NCBI RefSeq assembly: GCF_036321535.1 | Contig: NC_087444.1 | Location: forward strand, 37,014,001 to 37,078,000 | Direction: 5' to 3' | Length of the DNA: 64,000 bases | Origin: Camelus dromedarius | Lineage: Eukaryota | Shown here: positions 12,501 to 23,850 of the stretch, piece by piece | Layout: every line of letters starts with the position of its first letter | Numbering within the stretch: the first letter of the stretch is position 1 | The notes under the pieces: generated by a model | Seen by the model: only the letters and a program-made list of their open reading frames with translations | Databases searched by the model: none | Told to the model about the DNA's origin: nothing | Translations under genes and position numbers: made by a program

Positions 12501-12506
12501 TTTATT
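12501..12506 (-). terminator. ELMO3 poly(A) signal AATAAA
   Basis: tttatt on the plus strand, about 100 nt past the ELMO3 stop. Confidence 0.7.
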
Positions 12507-12608
12507 TCTGCTGCAGCATCTGCTGGTCAGGGTGTCTGTGCTTCTCCACCCACCACCCTTTGTGGCTACCACAGTAGCAACAGCTGTGGCCCTTGAACAG
12601 CTTCACTG

Positions 12609-15600
12609 TCAGGGTTCAGCAATGCTGCAGTCATAGCAGAAGTTGAAGTTGGTGGGGGGTGGGGGGATGGGGGGTGGCTGCTCAGGGATGGGCACGTTCT
12701 CCAGTTCCAACAACCGCAGCTTGGTTTCCATGGTCAGCAGCTGTTCCAGGTCCAGCCGTGTCTGCTCACTGCCCATGGGACTGCCCAGCAGGGCACTCAG
12801 CCCATCTGTCCACAGGTGGAACTGGGGATGGGGCCAGCTCCATGAGGGCCTACCCGTCTCTTCCCCTGCCCATCTGCCCAACTCTGCTCAACCTGCCCAG
12901 ACACTCACCTCCCGTTTGGATGGGGCAATGAAGTTGAGGTAGGCCTCCTCCTCCCCGTGGTCATAGCTGATTGAGAAAGCTAACTCACAAAAGTCCTAAG
13001 GAAGCAAGGAAGGCAGAAGCACTGAGCAGGGGGCAGGCGGGAAGGAGCCCCTGGCCCCCACTGCACTCACCTTGTTCTGCTTCCCTGAGCCCTTCTCCCG
13101 GACATGGGGGCAGTCCTTGCCTGTCAGTAGTGCCCTGATGTCGGCCACGGGGACTGCAGGAAGATGGTTGGGCTGACCACTGGAACCCCAGGCGGTCCCG
13201 GAACATGGGGTGGTCTGGGGAAAGCAGGTGTCTGACCCCCAACCTGCCCTCCTTACGCTGCTCAGGCAGGCTCTCCGGGACCGGGGGGCCGGAACCCTCC
13301 TCCACATCCCCATACTGCAGCACCTTGTGGTTGGGGGACAGGCAGCAGAACCACAGCTTGTCTGTGGGCAGAAAGGGGCAGAGGTAAGGAGTGATGAGAG
13401 GGACACTCCCTGACCCCAACCCAGCCTCCCTCTACCCCCCCTGCCCACGTAATGACCCTGGCGCCGCCGGCTGCTGATCTTGCGGAAGAGTGTCCCCTCG
13501 CAGAGGCGGAGCAAACGCTGCTGGCGGATCAGGCCCATGAGCTCTGGCTTCAGCTTCTCCCGCAGCTCCCTGGGTGAGAGGAGGGGGCTCACTGACCAGG
13601 ACTGACCTGGGCAAGGCCCATGGGGCAGCAGGGAAGGCGGGGGCAAGGATTGGGACCCATCCCCACCAACTCACAGAATGGGAGGGGCCAGTGTGCCTTC
13701 CTGATGCAGCCGCTCGGTCTGCCGCAACCGCAGCACCTCCCCATAGGTGAGCGTGTTCACCTTGGTTCGGAAGAGCTCTAGGGAGCTGGGCTTCAGGGCC
13801 AGCGTGCGGGCCAGCTGCTCCCGCACCACTTGCATGACCTGGGGCCACCCCAAGCTCAGCTCAAGGCCTGAGCTCTGGGCCTCGACCCAGAACAGCCCCC
13901 TGCCCTGGCCTAGGGCTCTCTGCTCCCATCCTACGCACCTTGTCAAAGTCCTCCTGAGTGGCCCGCATCTCCTTCCAGGTCTTATTCAGCAGCTGGATGC
14001 TCACACAGAAGAGCTCATGGAAGCTCTGGTCTTGACTGAAGAACATGGGTGAAAAGTCCTGGGCTGTTTCGGAGCCTGGAGTGGGGGGGCAGGAGGGGCT
14101 CAGGGAGAAAGTGTGTGCAGCCCCTGGCCCTCTCTGCCCTTCCGTCCCCCGTTCCTAGACACGCTGTGCCCTGAGCACCACTCACAGGGCTCTCCGACAC
14201 GGAGCAGCTCACACAGCAGCACAGTCAGCTGGATGCTGCTCCGGGCAAAGGGGCACTCATGCTTGTCCTCACGGCTGCTGTTCTCCAACACAAACTGGGT
14301 GATGGGAACACAGAATTGGGTGAGGAATCATGACAGCCCATGGAGATCCTGCTTAGGTGGCTTCCTGCTATATCCCACCCCGCCCAGTCACTGACCCGGC
14401 TGTAGGCACTGGGTGCATGTCTGGAAAAGTAGAGCATGTTGTCCAGGGCCAGCAGGCCAGGGGGCACGCGCTCCAGGTCCTGCGCAGGGTTGCTGTTCTA
14501 GGGGAAGGGGGACAAGCCACTCAGGAAGGGCTCCCAGCCCTCTGGAATAACAGCAGTCTCAGGCTGAGGTGGGGGTGTGGAGCTTTGTAGGGGTCACTCA
14601 CAGAGAAGCCCAGTTTGCGGAACTCGCGGGCACAGAGGGAACGACGACGGTCAGCACTCAGCCCAGCACCCAGGGGCTCCCCCTCTGGCTCAAAAGCAGC
14701 CTGGCGCAGGGCTTGTAGCTGCTCCCGCTGCTCCTGGGGTCATTGTTGGAGGGGTGTCAAGACTGAAGAGTCAAAGCCAAGCTCCAGCCATCCCCAGCCT
14801 TGTGCATCCCAGAGGTTTGTGCTACCTGGCTGTAGGGGTCCAGTGGCGTGCGCATGCGTGGTTCCAGCAGCCCAAGTGTAAGGGCCTGCAGTACGTACAA
14901 GTGGTGAGCCATCTCGTCGCCCAGTGGCGCTGCACTGTGGATGATGTTCTAGAGAACAGGCAGTCCGTGGATGTGAGTGTGGGCTCAGGAGGAGAGGAGT
15001 TGGGAGGGGTCTGCCTGGTCTGGTCCTTCCTACCTTGTAGATGAACTGGCGAAGGTTTCTCTGCCACAGGTAGTCAAGCATGTGCTGAGGTGGGTGGGAA
15101 GGGGGACTTAGGTGATTTAGCCCCACCATGAGCATGCACCCTGTACGCCTAGGGTGGAGCACAGCACCCACCAGTTCCTGCCCCCCATCCAGCCACTGGA
15201 TGGACACCTACCTTACGTTCAGCAGGGCTGGCTCCCTGCAGCAAAGCTGTCAGCAGTGCCATGGCCTTGGTTTGCAGCTGCTGGTTCATCCTGGGGCAAG
15301 AAGAGGGCTCAACCAGCCATCTGGGGTCCAGCCACACTCCCCTCATCTGAATCCCAACCCAGACACTTACACCTGTAGGTGCACCAGCAGCCTATCCAAT
15401 GGCACCTCGCTCTTGACCAGCTGGCCCAGGGCAGGGCTGCTCAAGGTCACACTCTCCAGCAACCCCAGGGCCAAGGGCTGCACAGATGCATCCATCAGGT
15501 TCATGTTCACGTAGCACACCACCTGTAAGAGAAGCAGGAGTTGTCACCACCTCATCACCATGGAAGGTTAGACCCTGACACCACCCCTCTGCCCCTAGAA

Positions 15601-16835
15601 ACTCCTACCCACCTTCCTAACAAAGGGGATGCTGAGCGTCTCCCAGGACACCACGCCATGCTCCATGAGCTCCAAAAAGGCTCTCAGTGCAAGGGCCAGC
15701 ACCTCCCCTAGGCTGGAGGGACATGTGAGGCTGAGCAGGGCTACACCAGGACCCCCAGCCCCATCATGTCCACCACCCACCACAGCCCTGTGCTCACTCG
15801 TCCCCATCCTCAATGATGGTGCCTAGTCTCTGAAGCCCATCACGGCTGATAACCTCCTGGGCAAAGGTCATGTCTGGGGCCAACAGGACGAGGTGCCGCA
15901 GGGCTTCCCGGCGCCCTTCACGACTCTCGCTCTGCAGCCCACCCAACAGCCGCTCAGCCTCAAGGTCCTGGCAGGATTGGGAGCAAGAGCAGAGGTGAGG
16001 AGGTAAGGAGTGGGGACTGGAAATGTGTCCACTAGGTGGGGCACTGCTGGCCTGGAGCTGGGGCTGGGGCCTCCAGACCTGGGGCAGAGGCGCAGGTGGG
16101 CAGAAAAGAGGAGAGGGGAAGGGAGTGAGGGCAGGGTCGGTGGGGGGAGCATTACTGGAGCAGTGCTGAGGCACAAGATGCTGCCATTCTTGATCTCCAT
16201 GCGGTTCTGGAAAAGGTGGCCAAAAATGGAGAGAAGTCAGGAAGAGCTCTGAGGATTGGTTAATTGGGTTGTCAACCAGGGAAGATTTGGGAGTCAGTAA
16301 AAGAAAGATCAGGTTCCAGACAGTGGGATGATGAGTCTGAGGAGTCAGGGCCAGGTGGGTTAGAAGGGGTCATACGGTGGAATATGGGGCCAAGGAGGAG
16401 AGGGGACTCACATTCTCAGTGATGTATCTCCTATGCCCATCAGCAAACTGGAGGGCATAGCGCTCAGAGTGAAGCAGGCTCCACCTGTGGGCAGCAGAGA
16501 CTCAGTGAGCTGGTTGGGGGGGGATCTTCTCCCTCCTGCCCCCATTCCACCCACCACCCCCACCCCCGCGCCTGGGAGGCCACACTCACGCGTCGCACAC
16601 CTCCTTCAGCACAGCAGCCAGGGGTTTTGCCTGCAAGTGGAGCGGTCACTCAACAGGGAGGGAGTGGGGAGGAGCCTGGGGGAGGGGGAGGGTGGTCTGT
16701 TGGAGGGGAAAGGGGCGACCCGGAGGTGGGTGGTAGGGTGAATGGAGGCCAGGTGACCTGGTCCAGCTGGATGAGCTGCGGGATGGCGTCACGCATCTGG
16801 ACGGCGATCTTCACCACATTCCGCGGGGGCGCCAT
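12609..16835 (-). CDS. ELMO3: Engulfment and cell motility protein 3, 720 aa, 20 coding exons: 16835-16758, 16630-16590, 16484-16412, 16206-16156, 15967-15798, 15712-15613, 15522-15371, 15290-15212, 15084-15034, 14948-14826, 14733-14602, 14497-14396, 14294-14186, 14075-13939, 13838-13675, 13569-13457, 13361-13257, 13153-13071, 12995-12909, 12821-12609
   Basis: It starts [26 protein letters not shown], contains ELMO-domain and PH segments ([18 protein letters not shown]), and ends [18 protein letters not shown]. The exons sum to 2163 nt in frame. Confidence 0.97.
14077..14151 (+). ncRNA. MIR328: pre-miR-328 hairpin (5p 14083-14105; 3p 14124-14145)
   Basis: The 3p arm CTGGCCCTCTCTGCCCTTCCGT is the known miR-328-3p sequence. 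The 5p arm GGGGGGGCAGGAGGGGCTCAGGG pairs with it. The hairpin lies antisense in the 110-nt ELMO3 intron 14076-14185. Confidence 0.97.
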
Positions 16836-17268
16836 GCCAATCAGAGAGGTGAGGGCCTCTGTACTCCAGACGTGCAACTTCCCGCGGAGGGCACGCCTGG
16901 TCTGAGGCCCCTGAAGACGAAGGTGTTCCTCTGTCCGAGGTTTGGTTCCTGTGGCCCGCGCTCAAAGCCCAGGTTCCCACTCCTGACAAGGCGCCGCGGC
17001 CTTCCCAAGGGAGCCGGAGCAGAGGCTAGTTCCGGGTTGGAGTCCGGGGTAGGAGGGTAGGGTTGGACGGCGCCTGCCCTGCCCCGCCCCGCAGAGGCGG
17101 CCCTGCCCCGCCCCAAGGTGCGGCAGGTGGTGGTGGGGAGGGCGGGCTGTCAGCATCGCCACACCTCCTTTCCCAGAAAGGTGACCCTCCCAATCCCACC
17201 ACCAATCCAGCAGAGTCCCAGGGAGGGGCCCTGAAAGAACCAGATCACAGATAGCCTTAGGCATGGTC

Positions 17269-17274
17269 TTTATT
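17269..17274 (-). terminator. E2F4 poly(A) signal AATAAA
   Basis: tttatt about 800 nt beyond the E2F4 stop, at the edge of an N-run. Confidence 0.6.
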
Positions 17275-17406
17275 NNNNNNNNNNNNNNNNNNNNNNNNNN
17301 NNNNNNNNNNNNNNNNNNNNNNNNNNNNNNNNNNNNNNNNNNNNNNNNNNNNNNNNNNNNNNNNNNNNNNNNNNNNNNNNNNNNNNNNNNNNNNNNNNNN
17401 NNNNNN
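17275..17406. other. N-run (132 nt). The other N-runs are at 22752-22963, 23678-23817, 45137-45268 and ~63421-63637.
   Basis: Directly visible in the sequence. Confidence 1.
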
Positions 17407-18070
17407 AATAAACAAGAGGGGGGCTATGAGGCAGAGGGAGGTTGGGTCAATCCTCAGGGACTCACCCGCCCAGATTCCTAGCTAGAGATCTCTGTCCCTT
17501 CCTGTTAGCATCCCCACTACCACCACCTACAGGTTCTCAGGGCCAAGAGGCCAGCAGAAGTGGGGTACACAAGAGGTCCAGAAGGAGCTGTAGGATAGGG
17601 AGTGGAAGGAAGTAAAGGAGACTAGAGGTGGTGCTGGTAAGTACCCATCCCTGCCCCATGCTTCCTTCTAGAAGACGGAGGGGCTGACAGATACAGGGCA
17701 GTGGGATTGGACAAACTGCCCTGTAAGGATGATGGCGGGTCCTTGGTTCTGTGCCACTGGGTGGCAGCTGAGCCTGAATTCTGGGAGGGCCCAGGGAGGG
17801 TACCCTGTGGGGGAAGGCCCCCCAAAAGGAGAGGTGAACACTTTGGCTCCACAGTGAAGGGAGCTAAGCCCCTTTTCCCTGCTCTCTCAGCACAGTACAG
17901 GTGTTGGTGCAGGAGTGGGACTTGTGGCCAAAACTGTGCAGTGAGGGAAGGTTGGGAAAGCCAGGAGTTTGCAGCTCTCAAGCTGTGTACGGGTGGGTGG
18001 GGGGAAGTCCCCAGGCAGCCCCCAGGTCAGACAGTCTGTGTCTCAGCCACAAAGGGCATGCCCCTGTCAG

Positions 18071-21000
18071 TCAGAGATTGAGAACAGGCACGTCAAAGAG
18101 GTCACAGACACCTTCACTCTCGTCCAGGTTGTAGATGTAATCGTGGTCTCCGGGGGGTGGAGAAAGGCGGAGGAGGGGTGCAAACACTGCAGAGAGCAAC
18201 CGGCTGAGTCCTCAGGGCCAAGACCCCTCCCAGTAGCCACCCAAACCCTGCCCACACTCACCCCCCACCTTTCTGGGCCACTTACCTTCTGAGGACATTA
18301 GCTCCTCCAATAGCTCTGAGCTCATGCACTCTAGGGATGGAGGGAGAGCTCAGTTACATTCTGGCTCCCACCTCTCCACCCACCAAAGCCCATGAAGGGG
18401 ACCACACCCACCCACCCATCAAGAACTTTGCCCTTTGCCCAGGGATCAAACACAATCATATGGTTCTCAGAAGGGCAAGAAAACAGCCCCAAGACCCAGT
18501 GAACTGTGCCCCTCACCCCAGCCCCAGAAAGGAACACCGCCTTACCTCGCGCGGGGTCAAAGATTTCTGACAGCTCCTTGGGGAGTTCCAGAACTGAAAA
18601 ACAAGAAAGACATGCTCAAGGGCACAGATGTCCAGCCTAGTCCCACTCTAGCCCCTGCTTTCTCAGATCCTGTATCACCCACCCAGGGGCTCCACACAGC
18701 TGAGACGTAGGCCCTGCCCTAGGTCAAGATGACACTGTCTCTCAGGCTCCCCTACTAGACCTGAATTTCTCAGTGCCAAGCCCAGGGTCCCAAAGGCCTG
18801 CAGTAGGTAATTGGTACAGCCCTTCTAACTCAGAGGTTCTGAAGAAGGGAAGCAAACCCACTCTCTTTCTGGGCTCATCATGCATATCATCTGATGGCAA
18901 ACACCCTGTCCATCCCTGCCCTTGCTAAGCACCTACTTGGTGCCATGCTCACATACCACACCCCAGGCCAGGTCACCTGACAGAGGAGACAGACTCTTAA
19001 ATAGGGGTTAGTGCTACAGGGTGATGACACTGCTACAAAGGTCTGACTGGGAAGACACACATGGGAAACAGGAAAATGAAGCTGGAAAGGAGAGAGCTGG
19101 GTCACAAGGTATTTCATATTCCAGGTTTAAGAGTTCTGATTTTATCCAGGAGGCCTTAGGGAGCTGTTAAAGATACTTTTTTTTTTTTTTTAAAAAGCAG
19201 TTCATTTATTTATTTAATTGGGTTTTTTTGGGGGGGTAATTAGGTTTATTTATTTATTTTTTAATGGAAGTACTGGGGATTGAACCCAGGACCTTGTGCA
19301 TGCTAGGCATGCACTGTATCACTGAGCTATACCCTCCTCAAAGATACTTTTGAAAACAGAAAACTGTCACAGTCAGGCTGCATTTCAGACTTGTCAGTTG
19401 GGGTAAAGAAGATGTGGACGTGTGGGAATGAAGTGCCTATTGGATGTGCAGAGGAACGCATGTGGACAAAAGAGGTAAAGTTCAGGCAAAAGACCTAGGC
19501 AAGACAGTGACTGGGAATACATCTACCCAGAACTGGGGGCTCCACAGGTGTGAAATGGGCCAGAGACTTGAAAAGCCAGATTTAAATGAACACCAGGGAG
19601 AGATCAGAAGGAGAAGTCATTAAGAGAGAAGAGCCAAGTGCTGGCATCACTAATGCCAAAGGAGAAAAAGAGCATCCACATGGAGCAAAACAGCACCAGA
19701 GCAAATCAGCCTAGAAACCCGCTGGAGCTGGCCATCAGGGCTGGGCAGCTTACTGAGAGCACTGGCGTGGCGTGGTGGGGGGTTGTGGGCTGTGTGTGTG
19801 CGTTATGGGGGGCGGGGGGGGGGGCCCCGACTGCTGCAACCTGAAGGCTGACTAGGGAACCGAGATACAGAGTAGAATGGAGATGACTTTTTCTAGGAGT
19901 CCAGACAGAGAGGATACAGGGAAGGTGAGGGAGGGGAACACAAGGGACGAAGTGTCATTCAGTGAGGAGAGACTAAGTGGTTCTTGTGAGCGGAGAAGAA
20001 TGAGTCCTTAAAAAAGCAAACACTCAAAACACAAGATAGAGAAGAGACACCAGGCAAATGACATCACCTCTAAGACACTGCCCACCTTTGGAGCCTGAGG
20101 ACCATAGCACAGCCCCTTCCCCAGGACAGTGCTCACACCTTCCTGAGACAGGTCCACGGGGTAGAACACAGGGCTTGAGGAAGGGCTAGGCAGTTCTGTG
20201 TCAACTCAGGAAGTGGGTAAAGGGGCACAAGCACCAAGCCAGAGGCCAGGCTCCTCCCCCTGGCTGGCAGAGCTCTGGTGCCAAGGCAGAGGTGGATAGC
20301 AGGGAGCTGGCTCTTGGGATGGCCAGCTTTGGCTGAGGAGACAGAACTGGGTTTGAGGCCCAAGTCTGTTTCTGACCAAGGACTGTCTGAGGCTAGGCTC
20401 TCCCTGTTCCCAAGAGGACAAGCACTCACCGCCTGTGGGGTCTGCCTTGATGGGCTCAAAGGAGGTAGAAGGGTTGGGTCCAGATGAACTGCTATTGCTG
20501 CTGCTGCTGCTGCTGCTATCCAACAGGGCAGAGGACTGCAGAGGCCGGGTGTCCAGTGCTGTCAGGCCCAGTGGGAGTGTGCTGAGCTCACCACTGTCCT
20601 TGCTATCAGTTCCAGGGCCGCCACTCACTGCAACCACATCCCCCAAACCCAGTCACATGGGGCAGGAAGTAGGACATTAAAGCTGGCCATGCTAGAACCC
20701 ACAGCGAGAATGCGACAGTCCTGGTTCCTAGGCCCAAGGAGAGTTAGGCACTGCCAATCACTCACAAAGTGGTACCATGAAAATTAGTCACTGAAGGGGC
20801 ATGAGGCCTGCAGGAGGGAGAATCATGGACACACCTGCTGTGACCACACATCAAGAGGGGCTGCCAGGGCCAGTGGGATACTGGCAGATCTGGGGGAAAA
20901 GTGCCACCACTAATGCCCTTTCACATAGTCAAAGCTCTGTTAAAAAGGGCTCATTCATTGCACTAGCAAGGAGAGGACAGCTGGGGGCCAGGAAAAGGAC

Positions 21001-23729
21001 AAACCCCACAAGGTCTCTTCCATCACACAGAGGTATTGCCTCTTGGGCCCCAGAAATCACCCCATTACTAGCTTCCCGTTGTGCCTCACCTGTGATCTCA
21101 GCTGCTGGACTGGCCACCCCCTGAGCTTCGGTGCTGCCAGGGACAGGGGTAGGGGTGGTCACCTGGGGACTGCTTGGGCGTGAGGCATCCTGGGGTTGAG
21201 CCAGGGCAGGCTCGGGCAGAGGCGGAGGGGTAGAGACAGCAGGTGGGCTCTGGAGCAGATCTTCGGGTGGTGGCACAGGCACTGCCACAGGCGGCGAGCT
21301 CCATGCCTCCTTGTTCACCAACAGTACCTCAATGGGGCCACTTACACTCTTCAGGTGAATCTGGTACTTCTTCTGCCCATTGAGTCCCTGGAGGTAGAGG
21401 TTGAGGATGGAGGAGAGATGGAACTGGAAACAGGATTGGCCCTTGCCTGACCCTGGGCCAGGGCCACAGTGTCCTCTCCCACCCCAGGCTGCCCGTTCTC
21501 CTAGATAACCCCAAACCCCAGGCCTCCCCCTACCTGCCCCACCCGGGACTTATCAGGCTCCACAGCCAGCACCCGCCCTCAATCAACCCTGCCTGCCTGG
21601 GCTGAGCACCCACCTCTGGGATGGGCACCTCCAGGCTGGTGCCTGATGGGGCCCGGATGGCCAGAAGGGTGTCTCCTAGGATGACAAGGAGAATGGGTCA
21701 AGGCCCATGGGCTCAATCTGAGCTGGGAATGGGGGTATCTATCCCTTGGAGCAAGGAAGGAGTTCATGGTCTCCGAGGGGCTGGACAGGAGGCTTCATTC
21801 ATCCCTTATGGTGGCTCAGCGGCTAAGGCAGAGAACTAAAGCTTTTCTCCTCCTAAGAGCCCAGGGGCCTGTAACTAGAAAATCTGGGTTCAGACAAATG
21901 AAGCAGAAGATTGCTGGCCATGGACATCTCCCTGATTGAAGGGGCTGCTCCCTAGACATAGATATTCTGGCCAAAGCCAATGTCCCTTCCCCAGAACCAG
22001 TCTGGGAAGTGCAAGATGGAGAAGGAACAGTTCCCATAACTACAATGCAACTAAACTAACTATAGATTGGAAGTTGGCATCATTGCCCCCTGCACACCAG
22101 CATTCACACACACTTTCTCCCTTGTATGATTCTGTTACATCTGAAAACTCATACCTAGGGGACAGTGCAGATAGGGGCTGACCCAGGGATCCAGCCCAGG
22201 ATTCCCATATCCTCTCAGTATGGTTAGCCTCCACAGGGTCCAGTGACCCTCGAACCCAGGACTTACCCTGTCTGGATCTTCTTTGGGTAGGCCCCAGGAA
22301 CCCTCTTAAGAGAAGGAAATCTCCTTGGGCACTGAGCTCATTGTTCAGGGCTGTGGCTCAGCCCAACCCCACCCCCATCTCCCCCTACCCAGGCTCTGCT
22401 CACCAGCAAAGCATCTGCAGATGTCCTCATGAGTCACGTAGGCCAAGGTGTGGGGGTTAAGGAGAACAGCTGATGCCCTGCCTACAGTGACAGATAGCAG
22501 ACCACAGAGAGGACCCAGATCTTTAGCACAGCTCTGACATACATGCCCTCAGAAAAAGTCCTGAGGCCTGGGGTCTACATGGGGAGGTATCACAGGCCAA
22601 AACTGATGGGAGGGGAGAGGCTCTGAGAAGGGAGCCCAAGGCTGGGACCTGGCCAGGACATACAATACCATCCTCCCAAGAGGGACAGGGCCTAGGGGAC
22701 CACAGAGCAAACCCAGCTGGACTAAAGAGCCCCTCATCCACTCCCCCGGAGNNNNNNNNNNNNNNNNNNNNNNNNNNNNNNNNNNNNNNNNNNNNNNNNN
22801 NNNNNNNNNNNNNNNNNNNNNNNNNNNNNNNNNNNNNNNNNNNNNNNNNNNNNNNNNNNNNNNNNNNNNNNNNNNNNNNNNNNNNNNNNNNNNNNNNNNN
22901 NNNNNNNNNNNNNNNNNNNNNNNNNNNNNNNNNNNNNNNNNNNNNNNNNNNNNNNNNNNNNNNCTGCCAAGAATCCTGGGGCCCATGGCCCCTGCTCACT
23001 CCTGCACCCCCCACCCCTGACACTTCTGGTAGGCGATCCCATTGCCCTCCCAGGTGCCCACACTCACTTCCACTGGATGCTATTCTTGGATTTTTTCTCG
23101 ATCAGCCCAATACCTTCCAGCACGTTAGTAATGTCATAAATCCGCCGCTTCTGGCGCACAGCTAGGGTGTCAGCTGCCTGGCAGGCAGAACAGAGTGGGA
23201 AATGCTCAGCCTTACTCTCAGGTGAGACTTGGTCTGGAGTAGTCTGGAAAAGGGGTGGCCTGGATCCCAACCCTCCTCCCAGGCACTACAGCAGCTCAGA
23301 AGCGCGAGGTAGGAAGAGGCCTGGTGCAGCCTGAGCTGCTGTTCTGATGCCCTTCTCCCCACACCTGCCAGGAAGGGCCACGAGGACCAGCACCTGCAGC
23401 CCCAAGCCTGGCACACAGCTGATGCCCAATGGCCTCGGCTGAATGAATGAAACAGCTCCCAGCCTCCCTCCTGTGAGAAAGCACATGGATGGCAGTCTGC
23501 TCTCTGAGGGCTCAGTTGGGCCCCCCCGGGATTCCCGCTACCGGCTCAGGCCTGGTCCACCATCCCCTCTGCCGCCCCTTAGCCCGGGCCGCACCAGCTT
23601 GAGGTCAAGCACGCCGTCCTTGGCCTCCTGCAGAAGCGACACGAACTTGGTGGTGAGAAGTCCCAAGCTCTTCTCGTNNNNNNNNNNNNNNNNNNNNNNN
23701 NNNNNNNNNNNNNNNNNNNNNNNNNNNNN
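18071..23729 (-). CDS. E2F4: Transcription factor E2F4. Exons: ~23729 (ATG inferred inside the N-run)-23595, 23177-23068, exon 3 hidden in N-run 22752-22963, 22447-22404, 21675-21614, 21387-21090, 20627-20430, 18593-18546, 18330-18286, 18186-18071
   Basis: Contains [27 protein letters not shown], the DNA-binding motif [18 protein letters not shown], a poly-Ser tract, and the pocket-protein-binding C-terminus [23 protein letters not shown]. Confidence 0.95.
19169..19351 (-). mobile_element. tRNA-derived SINE in an E2F4 intron, with a perfect 12-bp TSD
   Basis: Same family as 554-701 (gtatagctcagtg...gggttcaatcccca on the minus strand). The TSD aaagatactttt is at 19169-19180 and 19340-19351. 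Confidence 0.9.
20497..20517 (-). repeat. E2F4: Coding (AGC)7 repeat, E2F4 poly-serine tract
   Basis: gct x7 on the plus strand, translating [16 protein letters not shown]. Confidence 0.95.
22448..22463 (-). other. E2F4: U12-type branch site and AC terminus of an E2F4 AT-AC intron
   Basis: The minus strand reads TCCTTAAC-ccccacAC|c ttg gcc tac. There is no AG at the boundary of the [14 protein letters not shown] exon. Confidence 0.85.
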
Positions 23730-23817
23730 NNNNNNNNNNNNNNNNNNNNNNNNNNNNNNNNNNNNNNNNNNNNNNNNNNNNNNNNNNNNNNNNNNNNNNN
23801 NNNNNNNNNNNNNNNNN

Positions 23818-23850
23818 GGCGCCAGCGTCGCTGCTTCCGCTTCCGCCCCA
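23818..23850 (-). promoter_or_regulatory. E2F4 proximal promoter with tandem ETS (GABP-type) motifs and a GC box
   Basis: GGGCGGAAGCGGAAG on the minus strand (ETS pair at 23834-23845), next to the N-run that hides the start codon. Confidence 0.6.

Noticed and set aside
16029-16044. Second CTCF-like site CCACTAGGTGGGGC in an ELMO3 intron
   Set aside because: It mismatches at the highly conserved C of the GGC core, so it is not supportable without ChIP data.
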